This document shows positions 27,562 through 36,938 of a stretch of DNA of 64,000 bases, in pieces. Under the pieces are notes generated by a model. The model did not search any database, was not told the origin of the DNA, and saw only the letters and a program-made list of their open reading frames with translations. The DNA comes from a virus (taxonomy: Duplodnaviria > Caudoviricetes). Location of the stretch: the IMG/VR virus record IMGVR_UViG_3300036985_003045; one strand, given 5' to 3'. Both the position numbers and the translations under genes were made by a program. Position 1 is the first letter of the stretch; every line of letters begins with the position of its first letter.

Positions 27562-29646
27562 CTACTTGCTTGTTGCGACAAATGTACCTTTCCAGTTCTT
27601 AGGGAAAGATGGATCACTCATATATCCATGAATTCTTTTACGCATCATATCATAATAGTAATCTAATTCACCATTGAATGAACCTTTCAAATCCATACAA
27701 TGTGTAATGGCGTATGCCCATTCTTGTTTGCAATAATGTTTGAACATTTTCTTATGAATCGTTCTAGCGTTTGCAAATTCTAATCTATTATATCTGTCTG
27801 GTTGTAATACTGTATAGATATCCAATCCAATTGTCTTACCTTTTACTGCAATGTTGTCTAACTTAATAACGAAATAATCATCTTTAACAAGTTTAGCAGT
27901 TTCTGGTCCAATGATTAATAATACACCATAAGACTTAGTTTGTCCTTCTAATCTAGCAGCAGTAGATACTGAGTCGCCTAATACATCATATCCAAATCTA
28001 GATTTAGAACCAATGTTACCTATAAGAGTTTGACCAGTATTAACACCAGCACCCATACCAATAATTGGTTTACCTTGTGCTACTAGAGTTTCATTGAATC
28101 CATCAACAGAAGCAATCATTTCTAAGGCTGTTTTAACAGCATTCTTTGCATGATTGATATCATCTAAAGGTGCACCGTGAACGTGAAGACTAGCATCTCC
28201 AATAAACTTGATAAGACAACCATCATTCTTTAATACTGGTTCTGATATAGCAGTCATATAATCATTCATAATAGAAGTTAATCCTTCTACATCATCACCA
28301 TAAGATTCACCTAGAGTGGTAAAACCTCTGAGGTCGGTCATAACAATAGATAATTCTTTACGTTCACCACCAAGTTTAATCAGTTCTGGATTCTTTTGTA
28401 ATCTTTCAACCATTACTGGAGAAACATAAGAACCAAATTGTTTTTTAATTTGGAGTTTCTGACCTAATTCAGTTAAGAATTTGACCGTATAAGTGTGACC
28501 ATAAACTGCGACAATTGCGAATACAGGTACTGTAATATCGAAAAGATAATATAGGTTGGTATATAGATAATTAGAAATAGGATAAAGAGAGATAATGATG
28601 CTACAAAATATAAGAATTCCATATTTCCACCGTGCTATTAAAATTGATATGATACTTAATACCAATACAGTAAGTAACTCTGCACCAGTGCTCCAATCGG
28701 GTCTTGATATATTTATACCTTTAGTAAGTGTGTCTAAAATTGCTGCTTGAACATGATGTGGAAAGACTGATCCAGCAGAAGTTGCAACGGGGTTATTGAG
28801 CCCTCTTCCAGTGAGTCCAACAATGACGATTGCTCCACTAAAGGACTCTGGGAGTTTGCTTGATGAATATTCACTAATGGTATTTGGTTTAATCCAAATG
28901 CGACCGAGGGAGTCTGTATTGATTCTTCCGAACTTTGGTATTCTGACTGCTTCGATTGATCCATTGTTGACTTTGACTTGAAATGATGGATCTCCTGATG
29001 CCACACGCAAGGTTTCGAGACTGATACTCGGATACAATAATCCTTTGGAACTGACCACCATTGGGATTCGTCTGGTAACGCCATCAATTTCTGGGAGTGT
29101 ATTAACAACCCCAATACCATTAGCATTATCATTGAAGACTTGTATATTCGGAAGTATGTTTCCATATTTAACTCCTACATCACCAGTACCAATAACAGAA
29201 ACTCCTGGTCTAAATGGTTTATAAGTTTCAGTAAAAGGTTCATTAGTACCAGTTTGAGGTAATACAACTGGGTATTCCTGAAGAACTTGTGTTAAGGCAT
29301 CATCTTGCCTAAATCTATCTGCCTCAGGCATAAACAGATTAAAAACAACAAGACCTGCGCCTCGAATATACAACTCCTTAATAAGATTAGCATATTCGTT
29401 TCGAGGGAATGGGAATTGACCTTTTTCTTTAAGGGATGCGTCATCTATATTTACTATTTTTATATCTGATTGTTGAATATCTTGTGTAAGTAAAGTATCA
29501 AAATACCTCAACCTTACTGATTCTACAAAAGATGGGTCAACTACTCTTAACCCTATAATTAAACCTAATGTTACTAACGATAACCATGGAGACAAGAGTA
29601 GTTTTTTCATATTATTGGTGTACTGGTATTGAAATGATTGGGTCAT
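27562..29646 (-). CDS. CHASE2-domain class III adenylate/guanylate cyclase
   Basis: CHASE2 (IVNIDDASLKEKGQFPFPR; DGVTRRIP), three TMs, TDLRGFT, IKFIGDA, GDSVSTAARLE. Confidence 0.9.
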   Translation of the reverse strand: MTQSFQYQYTNNMKKLLLSPWLSLVTLGLIIGLRVVDPSFVESVRLRYFDTLLTQDIQQSDIKIVNIDDASLKEKGQFPFPRNEYANLIKELYIRGAGLVVFNLFMPEADRFRQDDALTQVLQEYPVVLPQTGTNEPFTETYKPFRPGVSVIGTGDVGVKYGNILPNIQVFNDNANGIGVVNTLPEIDGVTRRIPMVVSSKGLLYPSISLETLRVASGDPSFQVKVNNGSIEAVRIPKFGRINTDSLGRIWIKPNTISEYSSSKLPESFSGAIVIVGLTGRGLNNPVATSAGSVFPHHVQAAILDTLTKGINISRPDWSTGAELLTVLVLSIISILIARWKYGILIFCSIIISLYPISNYLYTNLYYLFDITVPVFAIVAVYGHTYTVKFLTELGQKLQIKKQFGSYVSPVMVERLQKNPELIKLGGERKELSIVMTDLRGFTTLGESYGDDVEGLTSIMNDYMTAISEPVLKNDGCLIKFIGDASLHVHGAPLDDINHAKNAVKTALEMIASVDGFNETLVAQGKPIIGMGAGVNTGQTLIGNIGSKSRFGYDVLGDSVSTAARLEGQTKSYGVLLIIGPETAKLVKDDYFVIKLDNIAVKGKTIGLDIYTVLQPDRYNRLEFANARTIHKKMFKHYCKQEWAYAITHCMDLKGSFNGELDYYYDMMRKRIHGYMSDPSFPKNWKGTFVATSK

Positions 29647-29953
29647 CCCTCATTATTGCTTCAAGAACAACAATATCTTTTTTTAATACTTTCAAAGTTG
29701 CAGCAAGTTGTTGTTTGTATATTGGTTTTTTACATTTCTGTATAAAATTACACGGCATTGGAGCAAACCCATCAATAATTATTTTAGAATTTAATAATGA
29801 TGTTTCTACTATATGTTTATTAAATATTTTAACTTCATCTATAAGATCAATATCACATTCAGGACATATTGCAGTAGGGTTTACTTGTATATCTCCAGCA
29901 GCAAACATAGGTATTGAAAATAATAGTATAGATAATAAGAGTACTTTTTTCAT
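29612..29953 (-). CDS. Secreted hypothetical protein
   Basis: Signal peptide; Cys pairs. Confidence 0.5.
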   Translation of the reverse strand: MKKVLLLSILLFSIPMFAAGDIQVNPTAICPECDIDLIDEVKIFNKHIVETSLLNSKIIIDGFAPMPCNFIQKCKKPIYKQQLAATLKVLKKDIVVLEAIMRDDPIISIPVHQ

Positions 29954-30222
29954 CAGATCGCTTTAGCTGCTGTAGCAGCAATAGTAATTGCGGTATCAAT
30001 AATAAACTTCAATTGAGCTTTAGCATTCAAATCAGAAGCATCCATTGTAATAGACTTTTCTAATTGTAAATCAGATAACAGTTCTTGGTACTCAGAATCA
30101 GATATGCTCTTTTCTTCATACATCTTTGTTAATTCAAGTAGCATTGAAGCAATAGTTTCCAGTTCTTCATTTTCTTTAGCATCATAACCATTTAACTGGT
30201 TTAAAACTTCATTTATTTTCAT
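29953..30222 (-). CDS. Hypothetical protein
   Basis: 89-aa helical ORF. Confidence 0.6.
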   Translation of the reverse strand: MKINEVLNQLNGYDAKENEELETIASMLLELTKMYEEKSISDSEYQELLSDLQLEKSITMDASDLNAKAQLKFIIDTAITIAATAAKAI

Positions 30223-30620
30223 CGTGGCTTAGTTCCTAATACAGTTTGAATAGTTTTAGCAGATCGTTCAATAATGCTCATTTTAGTAGTACAATATGTA
30301 ACGGATGGTTCAGCAGTTTTATATCTATCTGACAATCCTTGAACTTCAAGTAAAAGACTCTTAGACATATTAGTAGCTTCTTCATTATGAGGAATACTCG
30401 AAGTATAATTCTTGAACTCAGTTGCAACACTTAAGATACTACTAACATTACGTCTAGTTAATGCTACATCAGGACAATCTGTTTTAGATATTTCTGCCTT
30501 TGATCTAACTTTTGTTGCTAGTTGATATTCATTAGCATCAAACCCTGCCATATTATAAGCATCGAGCATTGCACAACCAGATAAGGTTGTAAACATTAAA
30601 ACCAATATTAATCTTTTCAT
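30219..30620 (-). CDS. Lipoprotein
   Basis: Lipobox LSGC after a signal peptide. Confidence 0.7.
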   Translation of the reverse strand: MKRLILVLMFTTLSGCAMLDAYNMAGFDANEYQLATKVRSKAEISKTDCPDVALTRRNVSSILSVATEFKNYTSSIPHNEEATNMSKSLLLEVQGLSDRYKTAEPSVTYCTTKMSIIERSAKTIQTVLGTKPR

Positions 30621-31375
30621 TTATTCCAATCTTCGTAATTTGCGACAATAGTTTCCAAAGGTTTTAAATCTTTAGGAATTTTAGGTGAAAAATCAATACC
30701 AGTTTTAGCCTCTATGTCCTTAACTGATACTACATATTTTGCAATTTGCTTTGGATCTAATTTTTCATTTGGATACCAAAAAGCAATCATACGTTTATTT
30801 TCTGGTTGAATAACAATCTTATAAACATGAGTAGGAATACCTACCTTATTACCCATTGTTTTATAACCTTTATCAAAGTGAGTACCTGTTATTGCATACA
30901 CATCTGATTTGGTTGCCCAAGCTCGGACACGTTCTTCTGTTGACTTCCAAATACCTCGATTATTTCCTGGTGCTTGAGGCATCATATTAGATAAGAAAAA
31001 AGATTCAGACATTAACTTAGAGTCAGATACAAAATCTGCTGCCGGAGCCATATGTCCTCTATCCAAACCGGAACCTGTATAATCTTTTAAAGTTACTCTA
31101 TACTGAGCGGGAACTTCTGTATCTTCTCGAAAATCATCTTTTCTAGAAGCAGATTTAACTGCAATTTCATCTTTAGTAATATGTTCAACTACAAAATAAG
31201 CTACTTTAGTCTTATAATCATAATTTATAGCATAATCAGATTTACATATGTATTGATTATTGCCTTCTTTAGTTATTTGAGGAGCACCCCAAATAGCTAC
31301 TTTAGGACATTTATCATCAATACCATTGGCAAATACATTACTAGATAACAATAGCAATAATAAAAATTTATTCAT
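30617..31375 (-). CDS. Secreted DNA/RNA non-specific endonuclease (NucA/EndG-like)
   Basis: Signal peptide; DRGHMAPAAD and NMMPQ...NRGIW motifs. Confidence 0.9.
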   Translation of the reverse strand: MNKFLLLLLLSSNVFANGIDDKCPKVAIWGAPQITKEGNNQYICKSDYAINYDYKTKVAYFVVEHITKDEIAVKSASRKDDFREDTEVPAQYRVTLKDYTGSGLDRGHMAPAADFVSDSKLMSESFFLSNMMPQAPGNNRGIWKSTEERVRAWATKSDVYAITGTHFDKGYKTMGNKVGIPTHVYKIVIQPENKRMIAFWYPNEKLDPKQIAKYVVSVKDIEAKTGIDFSPKIPKDLKPLETIVANYEDWNK

Positions 31376-31383
31376 ATTATATC

Positions 31384-32160
31384 CTAAAACAAATCAGAGA
31401 AGAAGTTACCAATTGAATCTAACCAATCATCATCTTTCTCTACTGCTTCGGCATCAGGTATAGCAACTTCAACTAATACAATAGGAGCAATGATTGCAGC
31501 AGCCACGGCAGGTGCTACAGCAACAACTGGAACTGGTTTAGAAAATACATCTTCATCAATAGCACTTAATGCGATATCATAATGATGTTGTCTATCTTTC
31601 AAACCAATAGTACCACCATTAATTCTTTTAGTTAATGTAGTAAACTCACTAGAATCACAATATTGATTTAGTTTATTAGTTTGCCAGAAGAATGCACCTG
31701 AACAAATAGCACCCTCTAATGTTTCACAATATGCAACTGTTTCATCTAATGTTTTACCGATAGACTTTGCAAACTTTGAATAGTTATCTTTACCAGTTAA
31801 TTGAATACATCCTCGACCTCGGAATTTGAATCCTTCACCAGATGCTTCTGAACCATTACCCATTCTATCTGCATAAACCTTATTAGCAATCTTTTCTGGA
31901 TTACGATTATAAGGAGCAGCCATTGCAACAGAGATAAATCTTTTAGGCCAAACTTTACAAAGACCATCAGCAGAATAATTCAAGTTTTCTTTCAATGCAG
32001 TAAACTGAGCAGATTCGTGACCACATTGTGCCAAGAAAGCAGCAACTCTTTTTCTTGTATTAATTTCATACAATGGTAGAACTTTATTAAGAACCTCAAG
32101 TAGTGCTTCAGGTTGTTTATTGTTCGGGCATACCTTTTTCAGTTGATCTAATTTTATCAT
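31384..32160 (-). CDS. GH19 endolysin
   Basis: FLAQCGHESAQF, ENLNYSA, FRGRGCIQLTGKDNY, TKRINGG. Confidence 0.92.
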   Translation of the reverse strand: MIKLDQLKKVCPNNKQPEALLEVLNKVLPLYEINTRKRVAAFLAQCGHESAQFTALKENLNYSADGLCKVWPKRFISVAMAAPYNRNPEKIANKVYADRMGNGSEASGEGFKFRGRGCIQLTGKDNYSKFAKSIGKTLDETVAYCETLEGAICSGAFFWQTNKLNQYCDSSEFTTLTKRINGGTIGLKDRQHHYDIALSAIDEDVFSKPVPVVAVAPAVAAAIIAPIVLVEVAIPDAEAVEKDDDWLDSIGNFFSDLF

Positions 32161-32345
32161 TTATTTTCTCCTTTACACGGGTTATTTGCGTCTTCTTCTA
32201 TTACTAATAATATACAATCTTCTTCTTCACTAATTATACCTATAGCAAATCTATTAAATCCACATTGAATATAAATCGGTTTTTCAGAATCCCGAACTAT
32301 TTCATTGAAATCTTTAAGAGATATTTTTATCCTAGGGAGTCGCAT
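32157..32345 (-). CDS. Hypothetical protein
   Basis: 62-aa ORF. Confidence 0.5.
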   Translation of the reverse strand: MRLPRIKISLKDFNEIVRDSEKPIYIQCGFNRFAIGIISEEEDCILLVIEEDANNPCKGENK

Positions 32346-32599
32346 AAAGCTCTTAACGGTATCATTGGAATTAATTTATCATTCATCACACTAAATTCTA
32401 GATGTTTTTCATAAACAACAAATTCAATCTTTTCCAATACTGTAACACCTATAATAGGAACAGAATCTTTATTAAGTCTTGAGTATATAATTTTACCTTC
32501 AGCATATACTTTGCTTGCGACCCAACCTTGAAGTCGTATGTTTACAAATTTAACAGAATCTTCAAGTAACTTTTGATTGCTTAAATTATTAGTATGCAT
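32327..32599 (-). CDS. Hypothetical protein
   Basis: 90-aa ORF. Confidence 0.55.
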   Translation of the reverse strand: MHTNNLSNQKLLEDSVKFVNIRLQGWVASKVYAEGKIIYSRLNKDSVPIIGVTVLEKIEFVVYEKHLEFSVMNDKLIPMIPLRALCDSLG

Positions 32600-32608
32600 T
32601 GTTAATTA

Positions 32609-32899
32609 CTATAAAATTATTTTTGAAGTTGGAACTACAATTGGACTAAATACTCGTTTATATTCAGTTACAAGTGCTTCAGCAGGAGTTGCTTCAATAG
32701 CTATTGAATGAAAGTATACTTTAATAGTACCTTGTGCAAAAGGCATCACAGGAGCTATAGCAACTCTTACACCTGATTCTGTTTCTTGAAGGACAATATT
32801 GGCAGGATTCTTAATTTCATACCATATATTAGTAATATTAACTACTTCACCAATCATATCTTCCCCAATTTGGGATTTAAAAACTCTTATATCACTCAT
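32609..32899 (-). CDS. Sm-like-fold hypothetical protein of T4-like phages
   Basis: IRVFKSQIGEDMIGEV...P.MPFA pattern. Confidence 0.6.
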   Translation of the reverse strand: MSDIRVFKSQIGEDMIGEVVNITNIWYEIKNPANIVLQETESGVRVAIAPVMPFAQGTIKVYFHSIAIEATPAEALVTEYKRVFSPIVVPTSKIIL

Positions 32900-32924
32900 T
32901 ATATTCTCGCTTTAGTAAAAAGGA

Positions 32925-32999
32925 ACCTCCCGTGGTGCGCTTCACGTCCCTTGTCATCCTAAGATGCTTCTATTATGGGCGTAGAGAGGCGTGGGAGGT
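32925..32999 (-). ncRNA. Candidate structured RNA element downstream of hsp20
   Basis: GC-rich island closed by ACCUCCC/GGGAGGU, with internal hairpin CAUC-UUAG-GAUG. Confidence 0.4.
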
Positions 33000-33007
33000 A
33001 TTATTAT

Positions 33008-33469
33008 TTATTCAGTCAATAATTCAACATCATACTTGCCATCACCAATAAGAATCTTTTTCGGTTTCTTATGCTCTGGAATAACATTTTCAAGATAAAT
33101 GGATAAAATACCATCAATGAATTCCGCATCTTTTACGATTACGGTCTCTGCTAGTTTTATTGTTTTCTTGAATGGTTTTGCACTAATACCTTTATGGAGG
33201 TATTCAACTTCATTATCAAATTCACCTTTAGTACCAGCCATAATAAGAACACAATCTTCAACGGTAATTTCTAGTTCTTCCCTGGAAAAACCAGCAACTG
33301 CCAATTCAACAACATATTCATTGTCATTGTATTTAATGATATTATGGGGAGGATACTTATTTGATAATTGATAGTCACTTGATACTCTTTCCATATCTTT
33401 AAGTAGCCTTTCAATGCCTACGAATTGATTTAGGTGAGCACCAAAAGCCATATGTGCGGTTGTATTCAT
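33008..33469 (-). CDS. hsp20: Small heat shock protein
   Basis: YPPHNI, ELAVAGFS, YLHKGIS, DGILSIYLE..IPE.KKPKKI. Confidence 0.95.
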   Translation of the reverse strand: MNTTAHMAFGAHLNQFVGIERLLKDMERVSSDYQLSNKYPPHNIIKYNDNEYVVELAVAGFSREELEITVEDCVLIMAGTKGEFDNEVEYLHKGISAKPFKKTIKLAETVIVKDAEFIDGILSIYLENVIPEHKKPKKILIGDGKYDVELLTE

Positions 33470-33600
33470 ACTGCGTCTCCATTTCTGCGAGATTAAAATT
33501 TTCTATCCTTACGGCATAGAAGGTTAGGTTCCAGTTACGAATCTGGAATACCTCTTACGTGGGTATCGATCTGCGGACATCCAGGTCCTTCACGCACTAT
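33470..33600 (-). promoter_or_regulatory. Structured 5' leader of hsp20 (possible RNA thermometer)
   Basis: Serial hairpins (GGAC/GUCC, AUACC/GGUAU, UUCCAG/CUGGAA, UUCUAU/AUAGAA). UCUC can pair with the GGAGA SD. Confidence 0.45.
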
Positions 33601-33654
33601 TATTTAAAGTCTATAGTGATAAAGACTACCTACCTCGGGAGAAGGAGTGTTCTT

Positions 33655-33870
33655 TTATTCTTCGTCAACAGTTTCAGGAATTTCAGCCAATATGACTTTT
33701 TCAATTTCTGCAACTTGAGAAGTTCCTTGTGATCTAATTTCATTGATCAATTCTGCAACAACCTCATAAGATTGTTTTGCTAATGATGCTAAAATTGTAT
33801 TAACACCACGTACATTTAGTTTTAAATCAATAAAACTTTCTTCAATTTTCAATTTTTGTTCTTCATTCAT
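33655..33870 (-). CDS. Hypothetical protein
   Basis: 71-aa ORF. Confidence 0.65.
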   Translation of the reverse strand: MNEEQKLKIEESFIDLKLNVRGVNTILASLAKQSYEVVAELINEIRSQGTSQVAEIEKVILAEIPETVDEE

Positions 33871-33872
33871 AT

Positions 33873-34283
33873 TTATTTTCTCTTGTTTCCAATGGTATAT
33901 TTTGATGTTAAAGTCCAGTTCTTTTTGTCTTTATAAGAGACAATCTTAATCTGGGATAATGACGCCTTACTTTCTGCTTGCGCAGAATTTACTATAGTTA
34001 AAAGTCCCCAGTCACCTAGCAGACTAGCTATAGCATTTCTTCTCTCAATATCATTATTAGTGATATTGGATTCTTTACCATCCAAAGCAAACAACTCTTT
34101 GAAATGGACGATAAAATATTTGCCTTGCTTATGCAATATATGGCATGATTGATATAGTGTATTATCTTTTTTAGAAGCAATACCAATCCTAGTTAAAGTT
34201 TCACAGACTTTCAAAAATGCATCAGGGTCAGGTAACGTCACCTCAAGCATACTGTCATAATTCCAATCATAAAAAATATCCAT
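33873..34283 (-). CDS. regA: Translational repressor RegA
   Basis: FLKVCETLTRIGIAS, QSCHILHKQGKY.IVHFKELFALDG. Start taken right after the gp62 stop. Confidence 0.95.
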   Translation of the reverse strand: MDIFYDWNYDSMLEVTLPDPDAFLKVCETLTRIGIASKKDNTLYQSCHILHKQGKYFIVHFKELFALDGKESNITNNDIERRNAIASLLGDWGLLTIVNSAQAESKASLSQIKIVSYKDKKNWTLTSKYTIGNKRK

Positions 34284-34284
34284 T

Positions 34285-34662
34285 TTAATACCCGCCTTTA
34301 TACAATTTCTTTTCAATAATAGCAAGTTGATCATTGGTTAGGATATCCAATACTTGTCTTGCCTTCTCATCGGAATATCTAAAGTATTCCTTAACTAATA
34401 AAAATGATTTAGAGTCTTTATCTTTCTTTGCCCATTTACCAAATCGTTTCTTCTTAGCTATGGTATTTATTAAATATTTAAATTGCATATCATTATCTAA
34501 ATTATAAAATTTATTCATCTCATTAGCATATAAAATAGTATCTGAATGTTGCGACAATCCTCTATTTACCATAAATGAATTATAATCTTTAAGTGCCTGT
34601 GGATCAACAAACAGATTTTCTTTAGTTTGTGTAATTGCAGTAATAAAATCAAATGGATTCAT
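34285..34662 (-). CDS. gp62: Clamp loader small subunit
   Basis: Y..FMVNRGLS, ANEMN, KKKRFGKWAK. Confidence 0.92.
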   Translation of the reverse strand: MNPFDFITAITQTKENLFVDPQALKDYNSFMVNRGLSQHSDTILYANEMNKFYNLDNDMQFKYLINTIAKKKRFGKWAKKDKDSKSFLLVKEYFRYSDEKARQVLDILTNDQLAIIEKKLYKGGY

Positions 34663-34994
34663 TATAAAATTCCTTCATCATCTAATGCAATAGCAAAAGT
34701 TTTATTTGGAAATCTATCTAACAATTTATCTTGTAAAGATTCTATAGAAGTTCCATGTGAAAGATATGTATGATCTTTTAATTTATACATGTAAATGATA
34801 TTGTCATGTACTTCTAAGTACGCCAATATATCATTTACTATTGTTTGATTATCTTCATCTATATATTCATCTTCATCATATTCTATATATAACTCTCCAT
34901 TTTGAAATTTACTTATAGTTCTACGGACTCCATACCAATATCCTATTCCTCCATTCAATAATACTAATATTAAAGTTAGATAATCCATTTCCAT
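34662..34994 (-). CDS. Hypothetical membrane-anchored protein
   Basis: N-terminal TM segment. Confidence 0.6.
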   Translation of the reverse strand: MEMDYLTLILVLLNGGIGYWYGVRRTISKFQNGELYIEYDEDEYIDEDNQTIVNDILAYLEVHDNIIYMYKLKDHTYLSHGTSIESLQDKLLDRFPNKTFAIALDDEGIL

Positions 34995-35002
34995 ATTGTT
35001 GC

Positions 35003-35956
35003 CTATTTAAATTTACAAGAAGACATTATTTCAACCATTGCTGACATTGTATTTATCTCTTGATCTGCTACAAAGGCACTCTTATATTGATAGTCACCGA
35101 TAATAATAATTAATTGTGGAATACTTGATGGATCTAAAACATTTAATGCATTATCATATAAATGTCTGAATAATGATGATGCATCTGCATCTGCACTAGC
35201 AACCCATTTACGCACAGTAGTAAAATCTTTTTCTTTAAGACCTTTAATTAATTCTTTATAAGAGTCTGCAGATACATTGACAAAAATTCCAGAGTCAATT
35301 TTACCCGCAACAGAATATCTTTGCAATTCATTTAATATCCTTCTATAATCTGGAAAATGTTTTGTTACTAATTCAGCAACAACCTTTGGATCAAACTCAA
35401 TATTTTCTTGTTTCAAGATACGAGTTGCGCGTTTGAAAAACAATGCAGCCATTTCTTGTTTATCTTTAGGATCTATTTTAAAATCTATAATAGCACATCG
35501 TGAATGCAATGGATCTATAATACGATTTTTAAAATTGCAAGTAAATATGAACCGACAGTTATTGCTAAACTCCTCAATGAAAGATCTTAAGGCAGGTTGA
35601 ACTGAATCGGCATTCATATAATCTGCTTCATCAATAATGATAACCTTCTTTGCATCTGTTAGTGATACAGATGAGGCAAATTCTTTTACTGTAGTTCTAA
35701 GAGTATCAATTTTACGACCTTCGTCAGAACCATTGATCATTATATAGTCTGCCCCCACTTCATTACAAAGTGCTTTAGCTATAGTAGTTTTACCTACACC
35801 GGCAGAACCTGTTAATAAAAGCGTAGGTAATTCGCCTTGCTTAATATAATTATTGAATGTAGTTTTAATAGATTCAGGAAGAATACATTCACTGATGGTT
35901 TGCGGGCGGTATTTTTCTACCCACAAAAATTGATTGTCTTTAGATTCGATAGTCAT
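35003..35956 (-). CDS. gp44: Clamp loader large subunit
   Basis: WVEKYRP, GSAGVGKT, DEAD, SRC motifs. Confidence 0.96.
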   Translation of the reverse strand: MTIESKDNQFLWVEKYRPQTISECILPESIKTTFNNYIKQGELPTLLLTGSAGVGKTTIAKALCNEVGADYIMINGSDEGRKIDTLRTTVKEFASSVSLTDAKKVIIIDEADYMNADSVQPALRSFIEEFSNNCRFIFTCNFKNRIIDPLHSRCAIIDFKIDPKDKQEMAALFFKRATRILKQENIEFDPKVVAELVTKHFPDYRRILNELQRYSVAGKIDSGIFVNVSADSYKELIKGLKEKDFTTVRKWVASADADASSLFRHLYDNALNVLDPSSIPQLIIIIGDYQYKSAFVADQEINTMSAMVEIMSSCKFK

Positions 35957-36021
35957 AATGTCTCCATAGTAAATAAGTCATGATACATTATATCATGACT
36001 TTATCAAAAAGTAAATGTATT

Positions 36022-36675
36022 TTAGAACGTACTATCAGCCTCAATTGCACAATAATAAACTAAATCACCAATTGTAGATTCAAATCTAGCTATTCTAGAA
36101 TGAATAGTTACTGTATAATTACCTTGTAGCATTTTTAGGTTTTCAATTTTAATATTAGCTTTAAAAGTTTTATCAGTAGTACCTACAATTGATTCATATA
36201 AATTGCTAGTAGCATTCTTTTTATCGCCGATAGTTAAAGTTAAACTAGTTCCATCGCCTACAATAGAAAGATCAGAAGCTTTTAAAACTCCTGCGGTTTT
36301 TTGAATAGCAGCAAATAATGATTCAGATAAGTCAAAATTAATATCTGCGGCAGGAAATACTATATCTTTACTTGGAGTTTTCAATAAAGATGCTTCGGCC
36401 GCAAAAAATTTAATTCTGTTATTTTTCTCTTGAATATTAACATACTTTTCTTCAAATTCTAATTCAGGATCAGTGAATAAAGAAATTGCTCCTAAAAATG
36501 AATTAAGGTCATATATACCAAATTCAATTGGAAATTGTTCTGCTACGGTTATACTGGAGGCCACAGTTTTGTTTACCGAAGTAGTCTTTAATCTATTACC
36601 AGGACTTAATAATAGATTGCTATTGATTGCCGCATAGTTTTTAAGGATATTAATTGTTTCTTTACTGATTTTCAT
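36022..36675 (-). CDS. gp45: Sliding clamp
   Basis: LKNYAAINSNL, FGIYDLNSFL, YCAIEADS. Confidence 0.93.
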   Translation of the reverse strand: MKISKETINILKNYAAINSNLLLSPGNRLKTTSVNKTVASSITVAEQFPIEFGIYDLNSFLGAISLFTDPELEFEEKYVNIQEKNNRIKFFAAEASLLKTPSKDIVFPAADINFDLSESLFAAIQKTAGVLKASDLSIVGDGTSLTLTIGDKKNATSNLYESIVGTTDKTFKANIKIENLKMLQGNYTVTIHSRIARFESTIGDLVYYCAIEADSTF

Positions 36676-36872
36676 AATGTCTCCATATTTTTAATTTTTC
36701 GTTGTATAATCACTTCAAGGTAATTTGCCAGATCCATCGCTTCTTCTTGAGCATGGATCAACCATTGTAACTCTGTTAAGTCTTCTCTTTCTAGAGAAAC
36801 TCCATATTTCTCCAAACCAAACTTAGCTCTTTTTTGTATTTTTTCACATACTGCATCTTCGTACTTACTCAT
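36672..36872 (-). CDS. Small all-alpha NTP-pyrophosphatase-like protein
   Basis: G.EKYG..L...HAQEEAMDLANY pattern. Confidence 0.5.
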   Translation of the reverse strand: MSKYEDAVCEKIQKRAKFGLEKYGVSLEREDLTELQWLIHAQEEAMDLANYLEVIIQRKIKNMETL

Positions 36873-36938
36873 AATATCTCCATAAAATAATAATTATATT
36901 ACATACTCCCATAAAAGTAAACTGAATAATTCATTTTA

